Source of the DNA: Planctomycetota bacterium
GTDB lineage: Bacteria > Planctomycetota > Phycisphaerae > FEN-1346
DNA: 64,000 nt
Direction of reading: 5' to 3'
Assembly: GCA_030602705.1 (NCBI GenBank)
Contig: JAUVZF010000012.1
Span: 805 to 64,804 of the forward strand
Part shown: positions 30,438-38,682 of the stretch, piece after piece
Layout of the letters: each line of letters opens with the position of its first letter
Position numbering within the stretch: the first letter of the stretch is position 1
Made by a program: the position numbers and the translations under genes
The notes under the pieces: model-generated
Database searches by the model: none
Seen by the model: only the letters and a program-made list of their open reading frames with translations
Told to the model about the DNA's origin: nothing

Positions 30438-30950
30438 CTAAAGGCCACCGGCAACGGCGGGAGCCTGAAAGGCTCGGATTCGATAGCCTGGGGCAACGCC
30501 CCAGGTCACCAAATACGCCGGCCCAACCCCCAAATCAAGCCCTGTCCCTACGGACCCGTACCGGGAAAGGGCGAGACAAGTCGGTTGCCGGCCTGGCTGT
30601 TGCGCCCTTTCAGGGCTTGTGCATTGGGGTTGCTTTCTCCATGACCCCGGGCGTTGGAGCGGGGCTGACGAATTCGAGCCTTTCAGGCTCAACGGTTTGG
30701 CGTCGCTATGGGTGGTCTTGGGCTGTGAATTCGCCCCCTTGACACGAGGGCGGTTATGGGTGTCATCGGAACTCCCGATCGGATCGCGCTGCATCCAGCG
30801 GCCGAGGGTGGGGTGGTAGACGGCTGTGCCGTCGGCATGGCCGCCGACCTCTTGAAGCGACCAGTCGGCCTTCAAGAACGTGACGTTGCCGTACGGGTCG
30901 TACAGGTAGCGCTCGAGGACGTCGCCGTCATCTTCCGCCAACGCCGTCAC
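30438..30950 (-). pseudogene. Degenerate orphan RHS C-terminal module (remnant)
   Basis: Begins with the conserved recombination core ALAEDDGDVLERYLYDPYGNVTFLKADWSLQEV, then a shortened core (..HPTLGRWMQRDPIGS) and a low-complexity tail running into the repeat region. No downstream immunity ORF. Confidence 0.5.
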
Positions 30951-30959
30951 GTTAAGCGG

Positions 30960-31020
30960 CGAATGCCGAATGTCGAATGACTAATGCCAAATCTCGCACA
31001 TGGTGCGAACGGGTGTCTGG
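30960..31020. repeat. RHS cassette-junction repeat (copy 1)
   Basis: gaatgccgaatgtcgaatgactaatgccaaatctcgcacatggtgcga, ~90% identical to 33015-33062. Contains the palindrome tcgcac-NNNN-gtgcga. Confidence 0.7.
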
Positions 31021-31280
31021 AAGGCACGCGCTAAAACAACAGAAACAGCAACGACGAGCACCAGGGAAACGACAACAGCGAACGACTCTCTGGACACAAC
31101 TTTCCCATACGGGCCTGGTGAAACAAGTTACGTTCGAGCCCTGAACAACCGTGCGCGAAAATGCCTCAAACCTGGCCCGTACGGGCCGTGGCTTGACCGC
31201 TACCGGACTCCGGCGGAAGTCTTCTGGCACCGTCCCGTTGCACTTACGATGCAAATTCGCCTTCCCTGTCTGAACACGAG

Positions 31281-31832
31281 TTACTCGTCGTCCTCGAATA
31301 CGCCGAGGACGCGCCACGCCGCGCCCTTCTCACACCACACATAGAACGCTGGGTCCTCCGCCATTCCCGCGTCTTCAGAGATCAGTTGCTCCAAGACACC
31401 CCTGACCCTTGCCAGTGAAGCGCCGCAGTCGATGCGGGCGACAACTTCGCCTCCTCGGTACGGCGATGGCAAGCGCCACCACGGAACCACTAAATAGATG
31501 TACGGCAACCGCCTCAACGGTAAGCGACACCCCCTATCCGGCTTAAAGTGCTCGTCTTGTCGGAACCTCGTCTTGCTGATCACCATACTCACCCGGCCGT
31601 TGAACGCTCGTCGCGGCGACAATGTCTTCACAACCTGGAGCATCGTCTTTGCTCCCTTGTGATATAGCACGGCCCGGGTACCGTTGAAGCCCTGGAGCAT
31701 CCAGGGCGTGATGCACCGCTCGAAGGCATATGCTGGCGGTATCCTTTGCCCAACAGTGCTAGCAAGACGCTTGGTGGCCTCCATCAACAGAAAGATCGCG
31801 ATAACAGCCCCCAACGCGACGAGCCATTCCAT
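31281..31832 (-). CDS. Putative immunity protein for the orphan RHS toxin
   Basis: Starts 16 nt downstream of the orphan toxin ORF on the same strand. N-terminal TM/signal helix. No GC-skewed composition. Confidence 0.5.
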   Translation of the reverse strand: MEWLVALGAVIAIFLLMEATKRLASTVGQRIPPAYAFERCITPWMLQGFNGTRAVLYHKGAKTMLQVVKTLSPRRAFNGRVSMVISKTRFRQDEHFKPDRGCRLPLRRLPYIYLVVPWWRLPSPYRGGEVVARIDCGASLARVRGVLEQLISEDAGMAEDPAFYVWCEKGAAWRVLGVFEDDE

Positions 31833-31847
31833 TCGCGTCCCTCAGTC

Positions 31848-33002
31848 TCACTCTAACCAGTCACGCACCGTCTCGTAGGTGTAGTGCGCGCTTGGTATCG
31901 TGACGTCTTCCAGTGTCTGACCAATGAGGACTCCCGCACCGTGGTATGGGTTTCGCGCTTCGGGGGGCGGCCCTGGCGTGTAGCCTTCACTAACCCCGAC
32001 GAAGAACTGGCCTCCACCGCTCTCGGCAACGCGGGTTGCCAAGGATGCCGCCGCAGGTGCCGCAGTCGCGGCTTTGGCTGCCGCCGCACTATATACAGTT
32101 GTGGCCTTCGCCGCAGCCCAAGCCGTTGCGTGGGCCGCATGAGGTACTGCAGCTTTTGCGAGGGCTGGTGCGCCTACAACCAGGGAACCAACGGCAAGAT
32201 AACTACCCGAGCCGACACCGTCTGTCAACATCACAGCACTTTCAGCGTAGGAAGGAAGGGACTCCCAGCCGCGTGCCCGAGTCATCTCGGCTCGAGCCCA
32301 TGCTATACTTGGGTCAGCGCCGTCGAGCAGATCCTGGTTGAAGCGTTGCAGGATTGCTGCATCTCGACCCGACAAATACTGTCTCTCGGAAGCATAGTCC
32401 TGCCAGCCCCGCTTGCGATCCTCTGCCAGACCCGACAGCAACGACTCCAGTTCTCCGTCCAGACCCGACAGCCGCAGTCCCTTGGCCCAGTCCCAGTCCC
32501 CGCCTCCGCCGCCTCGATTACCCGAGGAACCCCGGGAAGAGTCCCTTTGCATTTGCGCCAATTGGCCCCTCAATTCCATCTTTTGGTCCATCGTCAACCC
32601 GTCAATGCGATTTTTGAGTTCGCTCATGCTGTCGATAGTCCCGTTCTTGAGGTCCTCGATGATCTTCTTTGGCGAATCCGCACACAACCCCATGGCGTCC
32701 CGCAAGCCCGCCGGGTTGCTGCCCACGTACCCATACAAACTCATCCCGTCCACGTACCCCAGTGGATCGCGTTGGAGCCAGAGGCCCAGTTGGGCATGAT
32801 ACATCCGGTTGCGGACGTGGTAAAGGCCCGTTTCAGAATCGCGGTAATAACCGGCGAAGAGGATGGGGTTGTCGTAGGCGGAGGCTGTGCCGTCGGCATG
32901 GCCGCTGACCTCTTGAAGCGACCAGTCGGCCTTCAAGAACGTGACGTTCCCGTACGGGTCGTACACGTACCGCTCGCTTACGGACCCTCCGGACGCGTTC
33001 AC
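31848..33002 (-). CDS. Orphan RHS C-terminal toxin module (core end + variable toxin domain)
   Basis: N-terminus ERYVYDPYGNVTFLKADWSLQEVSGHADGTASAYDNPILFAGYYRDSETGLYHVRNRMYHAQLGLWLQRDPLGYVDGMSLYGY is near-identical to the core end of the main rhs gene. A divergent C-terminal domain follows. Confidence 0.7.
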   Translation of the reverse strand: MNASGGSVSERYVYDPYGNVTFLKADWSLQEVSGHADGTASAYDNPILFAGYYRDSETGLYHVRNRMYHAQLGLWLQRDPLGYVDGMSLYGYVGSNPAGLRDAMGLCADSPKKIIEDLKNGTIDSMSELKNRIDGLTMDQKMELRGQLAQMQRDSSRGSSGNRGGGGGDWDWAKGLRLSGLDGELESLLSGLAEDRKRGWQDYASERQYLSGRDAAILQRFNQDLLDGADPSIAWARAEMTRARGWESLPSYAESAVMLTDGVGSGSYLAVGSLVVGAPALAKAAVPHAAHATAWAAAKATTVYSAAAAKAATAAPAAASLATRVAESGGGQFFVGVSEGYTPGPPPEARNPYHGAGVLIGQTLEDVTIPSAHYTYETVRDWLE

Positions 33003-33011
33003 TAGCGCCGT

Positions 33012-33075
33012 GGTGTTGGACAGTGAATGCCGAATGTCAAATGACTAATGCCAAATCTCGCACACGGTGCGAGTC
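33012..33075. repeat. RHS cassette-junction repeat (copy 2)
   Basis: gaatgccgaatgtcaaatgactaatgccaaatctcgcacacggtgcga, immediately upstream of the orphan module start. Confidence 0.7.
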
Positions 33076-33227
33076 GGTGTGTCCACCGCACGCGCCGACA
33101 CCGAATAGACGGCTGGAAGAAATCCGCTTTCGGGCGGCTTCCGACTCCGGCAGAGACTTGCTCATAAATGGGTATCGCCGGAATTGCCTTCCTCTTACGG
33201 GTGTCCCGTGAATCCGATTCCGTTTGT

Positions 33228-33989
33228 TCACTCCTTGCCCTCGCCTGAGCCCCAATAGCCTGAGCCCCAATAGCCTGTGAAGACGAACAGATCCCTATGA
33301 TCCGCCTCTGCGCCAGCAGCCACATCGTGCTCTGTGTTACCCCCCAAGGCGACAACGTACCTACCTTGTTTGTAGTAAAACCACCACATCGGTCTAACGA
33401 ACGCGGGCCTTTCCACGAGATACGGACGGCCCAAGCCCAAGTCGCGCTCGATCTCCGCGAGAGTGACTTGCCCCGTCATATCCAGCTTGTGCAGGTAGTC
33501 TGCAAAAGGGTTGGGCCGCAAATCGAGAGGATTCAGTTGATGGGTGCGGCTCGCTCTCCCTGCAGCGTCAATTCTTCTACGAATCTCTCCGTGGGCCGGC
33601 CCGACCCAGAAATACCCGGTGTAGAAGAAACCGCTACGGTCAGCGGTGCTCTGCCCTATGCGCATGTTCTCCGCGTTGGCACCGACCTCCACGCGGCAGC
33701 CCCGGGCTATATAGGAAAACCACCACATAGGGTCCGTCAAGGAGGGCCACCTGACATCGATCGGCCGTCCCAGGTCCAGTCGCCTTTCAATTGTTGCTAG
33801 CGTTGTATTCGCCCGGTCACAGGTTACCAGGAACTGCGAGAACTCCCTCTGCCGGGCCAGCCTGCCCTCCGGGACAGCTCCGCATCCAGCGATAAGCACC
33901 AACAGCCCTAGGCCACATGGCACCGCACGAACGCGCAGGCCGCTAGCTACCGAATGGCTCAGTTCTGACCTATTACGCTGAAATTCCAT
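33228..33989 (-). CDS. Putative RHS immunity lipoprotein with internally duplicated domain
   Basis: Lipobox LIAGC. Two repeats of ~100 aa (TLATIERRLDLGRP..WWF.. / TLAEIERDLGLGRP..WWF..). Overlaps the toxin gene end. Start uncertain. Confidence 0.5.
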   Translation of the reverse strand: MEFQRNRSELSHSVASGLRVRAVPCGLGLLVLIAGCGAVPEGRLARQREFSQFLVTCDRANTTLATIERRLDLGRPIDVRWPSLTDPMWWFSYIARGCRVEVGANAENMRIGQSTADRSGFFYTGYFWVGPAHGEIRRRIDAAGRASRTHQLNPLDLRPNPFADYLHKLDMTGQVTLAEIERDLGLGRPYLVERPAFVRPMWWFYYKQGRYVVALGGNTEHDVAAGAEADHRDLFVFTGYWGSGYWGSGEGKE

Positions 33990-35725
33990 TCCCTGCCCTT
34001 TCCCTCGACCGGTCCACGCCATTTTTCTCTGATGTCCTTGTAAGTATACCGTGACTCTACCACAGGACCTGTAAGATGACCCTCGCCTACTCTAATAACT
34101 CCTTTCGCTGGGTCATTATCCAGCACGTTCATTGTGTGCCCGCGGTATCTAGGATCGCGTTGATACTTAAGGTTGTAGCTTATCAGGTCACCGCCTACCA
34201 GCTTGTCGATGTCCTTCGGCCTGGTGAGCCTGTTTCGGTCAAAGAGACTCATGGCGCCCATATCCTTCCTAACAGCCTCTGCGTATTGGTCGACGGATGT
34301 GTAGCTGTCGCTTTGCGACCGGAGTTTCTTCCACGCACTCTTGTTCGCATCCCACACGGGAAGGCTAAGCGGGAGTCCCTCCGCTGCGGCGCTCTGTACG
34401 AGGGCTGTCAAAGCAACATCGGCACAGTCGTATCCCTCCTTCCTCTTTTTGATGTATTCCTTTACGCGCTTCCTGATAGCCTGCTTCACCTTCTTGACTG
34501 TCTTTGCATCCCACTTCTTCTTGGGATTGAGTTTCCAGGCTGCAAGTCCTAGAGGGTCGGCAGAGCACACTGAGTTGCTTTTCGCATACTCATACAAACT
34601 CATCCCATCGACGTACCCCTGGGGGTCGCGTTGGAGCCAGAGGCCCAGGGATGGATGATACATCCGGTTGCGGACGTGGTAAAGGCCGGTTTCTGAGTCG
34701 CGCCAGTAGCCGGCGAAGAGGATGGGGTTGTCATAGGCGGAGGCTGTGCCGTCGTCATGGCCGCTGACCTCTTGAAGCGACCAGTCGGCCTTCAAGAACG
34801 TGACGTTGCCGTACGGGTCGTACAGGTAGCGCTCGAGGACGTCGCCGTCATCTTCCGCCAACGCCGTCACGTTCATGTTGGCATCCGTGAGGTAATACAG
34901 CCGCTCGTCCTGGCCGTCGATGCAATCGTCGTCATCGTCCTTGTTCTCGTCGCGAAGGATCAAGGCATCGAGGTAGCGCACACTCCAGACGTACTGACGT
35001 TCAGGCTTGAGGGTCTGGGGCTCGGTGTTCTCGGCGCTGGTGGTCTTTCGCGTCTCAAGGAGTTGCCACTCATTGTTGTAGTAGAAGTGCCGCCACGTGT
35101 CGGGGCCGCCGGAGGAGTCGGAGTCCACGTGGGCCTTCACGCGGCGGTTCAGGCCGTCGTACTCGTACTTGGCGTGGACACGCTCACCGTCTTTGACCTC
35201 GACGAGGCGGTTCCAGGCGTCGTAGGCGCAGGTGTAGGATTCATCGAGGTCGGCCGGCTTGGGCACGGTCGTCATGTTGCCGCGCGCGTCGTACTCCGGT
35301 TCGTCCCAGGTGCCGGTCCGCTGCGTCAGGCCCGTAATTTCGTTGGCGTGGTTGACGGCCCGGTCGTGGTCGACTTCGGTCTGGAGGCCGCTGCCGGAGT
35401 CCTGTTGGGTCTTGTAGGTCTTCCAGTTGCCGACCTGGTCGAGTGTGAAGTCCTCAGCGCGGTTCTTGTCATCCACGCTGTCACCGTTGCGGTTGCCGCG
35501 CTCCATCTTGGTGAGGCGGTTGAGGTCGTCGTAGGTGTACTTCTCGTCCTTGCCGGAGGCCGACGGCCCGTTGTTCTCGCGCCAGGTGCGGTTGGAGTTG
35601 TAGTTGGGCAAAAAGGTTCCAAGAACCTTTTCCCGAAAAGACCGATACACGGCCAGAAACGCCGAAACCGCGAAAAAGGTTCCTGGAACCTTTTTGCCCT
35701 GCCGCCCGCCAGTGAAAAGAGCCAC
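33959..35725 (-). CDS. RHS/YD-repeat protein, C-terminal portion with toxin domain (N-terminally truncated by MITE)
   Basis: YD repeats (YDDLNRLT, YEYDGLNRR), RHS core end (..GLYHVRNRMYHPSLGLWLQRDPQGYVDGMSLYEY..SADPLGL), then a Lys-rich C-terminal domain. The first ~40 codons are read from the MITE-like repeat. Confidence 0.75.
   Translation of the reverse strand: MALFTGGRQGKKVPGTFFAVSAFLAVYRSFREKVLGTFLPNYNSNRTWRENNGPSASGKDEKYTYDDLNRLTKMERGNRNGDSVDDKNRAEDFTLDQVGNWKTYKTQQDSGSGLQTEVDHDRAVNHANEITGLTQRTGTWDEPEYDARGNMTTVPKPADLDESYTCAYDAWNRLVEVKDGERVHAKYEYDGLNRRVKAHVDSDSSGGPDTWRHFYYNNEWQLLETRKTTSAENTEPQTLKPERQYVWSVRYLDALILRDENKDDDDDCIDGQDERLYYLTDANMNVTALAEDDGDVLERYLYDPYGNVTFLKADWSLQEVSGHDDGTASAYDNPILFAGYWRDSETGLYHVRNRMYHPSLGLWLQRDPQGYVDGMSLYEYAKSNSVCSADPLGLAAWKLNPKKKWDAKTVKKVKQAIRKRVKEYIKKRKEGYDCADVALTALVQSAAAEGLPLSLPVWDANKSAWKKLRSQSDSYTSVDQYAEAVRKDMGAMSLFDRNRLTRPKDIDKLVGGDLISYNLKYQRDPRYRGHTMNVLDNDPAKGVIRVGEGHLTGPVVESRYTYKDIREKWRGPVEGKGREWNFSVIGQN
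35607..35698. mobile_element. MITE-like palindromic element, family A (full copy)
   Basis: ggcaaaaaggttccaagaaccttttcccgaaaagaccgatacacggccagaaacgccgaaaccgcgaaaaaggttcctggaacctttttgcc. Terminal inverted repeats. Nearly identical to 42407-42499. Confidence 0.75.
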
Positions 35726-35964
35726 ACCCGTATCGAGGGGCGTGGCAACGATTTCTGGCAGGGGACGATTTCCTGCGGCTTGGCTGTAGCGTCCGGGGTT
35801 TATCCCCGGCGCATCCTGGCCGGATCCTCCTGCAGTCCGAGCCGCGCCCGTAAAGGAAGCGACCGCTCCCTTGCGGTCGCGGCTCCGTTACGGTCGCGGC
35901 TCTGTTGCAGCGCGTGCCACCGAGTCCGACGTCGAACCCCACGCGCACCGTCTCGCGGACGGCC

Positions 35965-37242
35965 TCAGATGTGAACGACCTCGATCCCAGCCAGTTGGCA
36001 GTAGGCCTTGAACTCGTCTTCGAGGTCGCCGTAGATGAACAGTTGGTGGAAGCCCTTGACGTCGCGCGAGTCGGCCACGTCGTCCACCTCGCATTCGAGT
36101 GAGGTGCGGCAGCCGCCGGAGGGCGGCGTGTCGATGTTCCGCAAGACGCGGCCCGTGCCGAGGATGATCTTCTGCGGCCCGGTGAACTTCATCAGCGTAA
36201 TCTTCTGTCCCACGCGCCACAGCACCTGCACCGCCACGCCGAGGGCCGACTCCGAGTGGCTCCGCAGGATGAACGGTTCGTGCGGCTTGTCGAACCCGTC
36301 GAGGTTGGCCCCGCTCGTGCAGTGAGCCCCCATCAACGTGTTGTTGACCGTGTTCGGGGCGGGGTCCTGCATGAACCCGGGCCGCTCGAACAGAAGGTGC
36401 GTCAGGCGCGAGGAGATGGAGGCGTTCCAGTCGGCCTCGCAGGCGCCGACGATGCCCTCGTCGCGCAGGCGCATAAACGCCAGGCATGGCGGCTGGATCT
36501 GCCTGCGCCCGATCGGACCCAGGCAGTCCATCGAGAAGCCGTGGCACTTCTCGGCCTCCATCAGACGCCGGCAGGCGATGTAGTTCTTGGCGGCCGCCAG
36601 GATGTCGTCCTTCGTGGGCTCGACAATTTTCTTCGCTTCCTTCGTGTAGTAGGCGGCGATGGCCCGGACCTCGTCGCTCTCTTCGACTTTCTTGATCGCG
36701 TCGAGGAAATGCTGGTGCGGTACGTAATGGAGCGTCGTGCCGATTACGTCGAGCGGCGTGTCCTGCACCTTGTTGCCGCGCACGATGCAAAGGCGCGTCT
36801 GCTTCATGTCCCAGACGGTCTTGAGCATCCGCATCGCCATCGCCAGCCACTGGACGTCCTGGCTGGCGCCGACGAAGGCGTTCTTGGCGTTGCGGCTGTA
36901 GTGTAGGTGCTGTGTGAACGACGTGCCCATGGGGCTGAACACCACGGTCGGCACCTTGCCGCGCTTGTCGAGGAAGTTATTGACCGGCTTCCAGGCGGCG
37001 TTGAGCGACATGCAGGTCAGGAGCACGCCGTCCGGCGCGGCCTTGGCCACCTTCTCCAGGTAGGCGGTCAGCGTCTTGTCGTTGTGAATCGGCTCCTGCC
37101 AGAGTTCGAGCGCCACGCCGAGGCGTTCGGCCGCCGCCGTCATCGTCTTGGTGTAGAGTTCCTGGTGGCCTTTGATGTCGTAGGCGGTGCCGGGCCAGCC
37201 GAGCCAGTACTTCTCGACGTTCGGGCGCACGAACGCGCCCAT
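35965..37242 (-). CDS. Isomerase-like family protein (L-fucose/L-arabinose isomerase-like, tentative); N-terminal Tat signal out of frame
   Basis: ~85% identical over ~420 aa to the protein encoded at 40787..42307. The Tat signal (RRRTFLKGLGASAVAMQMGLLEFASS) is encoded upstream in a different frame (ORF 36977..37525), implying a frameshift near 37245-37260. Confidence 0.5.
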   Translation of the reverse strand: MGAFVRPNVEKYWLGWPGTAYDIKGHQELYTKTMTAAAERLGVALELWQEPIHNDKTLTAYLEKVAKAAPDGVLLTCMSLNAAWKPVNNFLDKRGKVPTVVFSPMGTSFTQHLHYSRNAKNAFVGASQDVQWLAMAMRMLKTVWDMKQTRLCIVRGNKVQDTPLDVIGTTLHYVPHQHFLDAIKKVEESDEVRAIAAYYTKEAKKIVEPTKDDILAAAKNYIACRRLMEAEKCHGFSMDCLGPIGRRQIQPPCLAFMRLRDEGIVGACEADWNASISSRLTHLLFERPGFMQDPAPNTVNNTLMGAHCTSGANLDGFDKPHEPFILRSHSESALGVAVQVLWRVGQKITLMKFTGPQKIILGTGRVLRNIDTPPSGGCRTSLECEVDDVADSRDVKGFHQLFIYGDLEDEFKAYCQLAGIEVVHI

Positions 37243-37479
37243 AATGCGGCACTTCCCGGCCGTTTTGGGGCGCGGCTCCCATGACCGAGGAGGCGAACTC
37301 CAAGAGGCCCATCTGCATCGCCACGGCCGATGCGCCGAGGCCCTTCAGAAACGTCCGACGCCTCAGCGTCAGCGGACAGCGGGACACGTGTTTCTCGGCG
37401 AGCATGGCTACTCCTCCTATCTGCTGGTCACGGGCGAACAACGCCAGGGACTCACGATCACCTCCTACTGCTCTAAGCA

Positions 37480-37640
37480 CGATCGAGGAAGTCAATCTGA
37501 ATTCGGCGGCTGAGTTGGCGTGCACCCAAGTCCGTAGCGCCGGGCTTTATGCCCGGCGGCCGCCCGTCAGGCCGACGGCGGTTCGGCGCCGGGGATAAAC
37601 CCCGGCGCTACGCCTGTTCGGAAAGACTCTCTCGCTCCTG
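37480..37640. repeat. Paired-hairpin repeat unit, family B (single copy with shared flank)
   Basis: gaagtcaatctgaattcggcggctgagttggcgtgcacccaagtccgtagcgccgggctttatgcccggcgg...ggcgccggggataaaccccggcgctac...ttcggaaagact, matching the tandem array at 40345-40790. Confidence 0.7.
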
Positions 37641-37849
37641 CTGTAGTCCGTTCGCGGGCCGATGTCAAGAGAACTTCCGGCACCCCACCCGTCCGGTGCG
37701 TGTTTAACGCTTCGGGGAAAGCCGCCGCGCGGTTCGTGCAACGGGCTCGGGTGCAGAAGCCCAAGATGTTTGCCATTGCAGCGCCCATCCGTTATGCTGC
37801 TGCGGTTGGACGCCAGGAACCTGGAGAGGCTGTGATAAGGAGGAGGCCC

Positions 37850-38602
37850 ATGCGAAAGACGATAATCCCTTTGCTGGCGGCCGTTTTGTTGTTCGCTCTC
37901 GCCGGCGCCGCCTTGAGGCAAACGGCCGCCGCGGGCAAGGCCGAGCCCGCAAACCTTGACACCGACCCGCACCTGGCCGGATGGTGGAAGTTGGACGACG
38001 CATCCGGCACGACCGCCGCCGACGCCTCCAAACACGCTCGCAAAGGCACGCTCGGTGGCGGCTTGTCGTTCGACAAGGATTCGGTCGCCGGCCGCGTCGG
38101 CAAGGCGCTGAAACTCGACGGCAAGGCGGGCGTCATCGAGATACGCGGCTACAAGGGCGTTGCCGGCACGCGGCCGCGAACCGTGGCGGCCTGGATCAAG
38201 ACGAATTCCTCCAGGGGCGAGATCGTGGCCTGGGGGCGGAGGGAAGCCGGCAAGATGTGGAACTTCGGCTTCAATCGCGGCCGCGTCGGCGTGATGCCTC
38301 ATGGGGGAATGCTCATCATGAACGACCCCGTGCACGACGGCAAGTGGCACCACGTGGCCGTGGTGATGAAGGAGGCCGAGCGGCCGAACCTGCACGACGA
38401 CGTCACGCTCTACAAGGACGGCCAGCGGGCCATCATCCACGACATCGGCATCCTGGACCTCTGGCCGATCGATACCGGCGAGGAGATGGACGTGCGTATC
38501 GGCCGGGGCTTCAACGGTCTCATCGACGAGGTGCGCATCTACGAGCGGGCGCTGTCGAGCGATGAAATCGAAGCGCTGATCGCGCAGAGCAAGTCCAAGT
38601 GA
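37850..38602 (+). CDS. Secreted LamG/concanavalin-A-like lectin domain protein
   Basis: AAGGAGGAGG RBS. Signal peptide. LamG_3-like sandwich pattern (WIKT..GEIVAW, GKWHHVAVV, GLIDEVRIYERALS). Confidence 0.6.
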   Translation: MRKTIIPLLAAVLLFALAGAALRQTAAAGKAEPANLDTDPHLAGWWKLDDASGTTAADASKHARKGTLGGGLSFDKDSVAGRVGKALKLDGKAGVIEIRGYKGVAGTRPRTVAAWIKTNSSRGEIVAWGRREAGKMWNFGFNRGRVGVMPHGGMLIMNDPVHDGKWHHVAVVMKEAERPNLHDDVTLYKDGQRAIIHDIGILDLWPIDTGEEMDVRIGRGFNGLIDEVRIYERALSSDEIEALIAQSKSK

Positions 38603-38682
38603 CCGGGTCCCAGGATCGAGGGGGTAGAACGCGCGGCCGTTTGAGTTCGGCGGCCGCAGCGAGCGCGAAAGGAGATGATCGG

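Noticed and set aside
30233-30742. 169-aa ORF beginning MPNAKCPPAAGNGG...
   Set aside because: It is a translation of the GAATGCC/GGATTGC microsatellite (PNAECRM repeats), with no start context.
31884-35974. Plus-strand ORFs (31884..33005, 34757..35974 and others) across the RHS locus
   Set aside because: Antisense to the RHS core/toxin genes, whose YD-repeat and core motifs identify the minus strand as coding.
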